From assembly GCA_964106645.2 (NCBI GenBank), contig OZ067044.1: a stretch of 64,000 nucleotides of DNA; one strand, 5' to 3'. Of this stretch, positions 62,121 through 64,000 are shown in pieces (the first letter of the stretch is position 1; each line of letters begins with the position of its first letter). Made by a program: the position numbers and the translations under genes. The DNA comes from Podarcis pityusensis. Lineage: Eukaryota. The notes beneath the pieces are model-generated. The model saw only the letters and a program-made list of their open reading frames with translations. It ran no database searches and was not told the origin of the DNA.

Positions 62121-63222
62121 GAATCACAGAATCATATAATCACAGAATTGTAGAATTGGAAGGGACTCTGAGAGTAATCTAGTCCAACCCCCTGCAATGT
62201 AGGAATCCCAGCTACATCATACATGACAGTTGGTAATCCAACATCTGCTTACAAACCTCCAAGGAATGAGAAACCATCACCTCTCATGGGAGTCTGTCCT
62301 GCTGTCAAACAGCTCTTACTGTCAGAAAGTTCTTCCTGATGTCTAGTCAGAATCTTCTACCTTGAAACTTGAATCTATTGATTGAATCCACAGCCTCTGG
62401 AGCAGCCCTTTAGATATTTGAAGATGGCTATCATATCTCCTCTCAGTCTCCTCTTTACCAGGCTAAACATACCCATTTCCCTCAACCATTCCAGTTAAGG
62501 CTTGGTTCCCAAACCCTTTACCATCTTGGCTGCCTTCCTCTGCATACGTTCCAGCTTGTCAATATCATGGCACCCAGAACTGGACACAATACTGCAGGTG
62601 TGGCCTGACCAAGGTAGAATAGAGCAGAACTATTACTTCCCTTGATTGAGACACTATACTTATTTTGATGTAGCCTAGAATACCCTTAGCTTTTTTGCTG
62701 CTGCATCACACTGTTGACTTATGTTAAGCCTGTGGTCTATTAATATCCCTAGATCCTTTCCCCATGTACTTCTGGCAAGCCAGGTGTTCCCCATCTTGTA
62801 TTTGTGCAGTTGGTTCTTCCTGCCTAAGTGTAGAACCTTATATTTGCCACTATTGGAATTAATTTTGTCAGTTTTGGCCCAGTTCTCTGATTGGCTAAGG
62901 TCATCTTGAATCTTGATTTTGTCTTCAGAGGCATTGGCTACTCTTCCCTATTGGGTGTACAGTAATCTACAAATTTGATGAGCATCCCCTCAATACCTTC
63001 ATCCAAGTTGTTTATAAAGATGTTGAACAACAATGGGCCCAAGACAGAACCCTGCAGTCCTCAACTTGTCACTTTTTCCCAGAGAGACGAGGAACCATTA
63101 ATGAGTACTCTTTGGGTTCCATCAGTCAACCAGCTACAAATCCACCTAACATTTACCTCATTCAACCCACATTTTACAAGTTTCTTTGCAAGAATATCAT
63201 AGTGACTTACTGAAATCAACAG
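62121..63222 (-). mobile_element. CR1 LINE, 5'-truncated, older subfamily
   Basis: Colinear with the 54910 copy (with deletions) and extends into RT (reverse of GSVLGPLLFNIFINNLDEG); degenerate (ATTCTRTG)n tail. Confidence 0.92.
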
Positions 63223-63229
63223 TATAGGA

Positions 63230-63360
63230 TCTTAGAACTGTAGAGTTGAAAGGGACCAAGAGAGTTATCTGGACTAGTCCAACCCCCCTACAATGCAGGG
63301 ATCTTTTGCCCAGTGTGGGGCCTGAGATTAAATCTCATGCTCCATTGACTGAACTATCTA
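63230..63360 (-). mobile_element. tRNA-Lys-headed SINE with CR1-type tail
   Basis: Minus strand GATAGTTCAGTCAATGGAGCATGAGATTTAATCTCAGG..CCCCACACTGGGC resembles tRNA-Lys(CTT) with B-box deletion; tail CCTGCATTGTAGGGGGTTGGACTAG...CAACTCTACAGTTCTAAG. Confidence 0.75.
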
Positions 63361-64000
63361 AGCCTCAGAATCACTTCTCTTTGAAAAAACAACAGCAAAG
63401 GCTAGTTCTGGAAAGTGCTATGCCACAATTAAGCTCCAGACCCATCTTCAGGAGTCATATATGTTGTTGATGGAGTTCTCAGCAACCAGAGGGATGCAAT
63501 ATCATGGCAGTGCTTTTTAGCTTTCTTTGGGCTATTTGATAAAATCCTAGTCTTCACCCCATTTGGGTTTTCGTTGTGTTCCAAGACAAAAAAGAATCTC
63601 TGTCTCTTGGCAGAAAACAGATGTTTTTGAACTCAGTGAGTCAAATATACCAATGCTAATGATCACTTTTGACTGCTGTTGAGGAAATGTATTTAGCTTG
63701 CATTTTTGAGATCTTGGCATTACACTGCTGAAAACTGGGAAATCCTTTTGACTCACAAAAATATGCCATTACCATTGCTTCTGAGCTGGATGTTTCCCAG
63801 TTTTTTTCCAAGCACATGCAGCTCTGTCCAGACTCATGTCTGCTTTTCCATATCACTGAAAACTAATATGGGCCAAGCAGTGATGTTCTGGCCTCCAGCC
63901 CTGTACTTTGTTACCAGAACACAGGGTCTGGCTCTGGTCTAAACAATCCCTTGATTAAGCTGAACTTAGTCATTCAACCAGAAAGAGGTAAAAGCCAAGG

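Noticed and set aside
1-64000. CRISPR array, prokaryotic operon or endogenous viral gene
   Set aside because: No regularly spaced repeat-spacer array or viral-like long ORF; the content is typical squamate nuclear DNA.

Overview
Vertebrate genomic DNA from a squamate reptile, probably a lacertid lizard (inferred from the Sauria-SINE and Squam3-like SINE subtypes). No host protein-coding exon, functional tRNA/rRNA gene or CRISPR array could be supported. The window looks like intergenic or large-intron DNA: AT-rich unique sequence with enhancer-like motif clusters, interspersed with a dense fossil record of transposons. These include four Sauria SINEs, several tRNA-headed SINE families, CR1 and L2 LINE fragments, hAT/Tc1-mariner/Harbinger-type MITEs and microsatellites; there are also three N-blocks. 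Every long ORF with a recognisable product is LINE-derived. The most notable structures are: a 118-bp, 94%-identical inverted repeat bounded by two older TEs; a CR1 ORF1 (zinc finger + esterase) fragment enclosed by a 29-bp direct repeat; a 5'-complete L2 lacking its RT core and carrying a nested SINE; SINEs with different tRNA heads sharing one CR1 tail; a triple-nested insertion; a DR4/E-box cluster; and N-blocks lying in repeat-free sequence. I found no convincing novel biological system. Family names come from recalled consensus features, not database searches.
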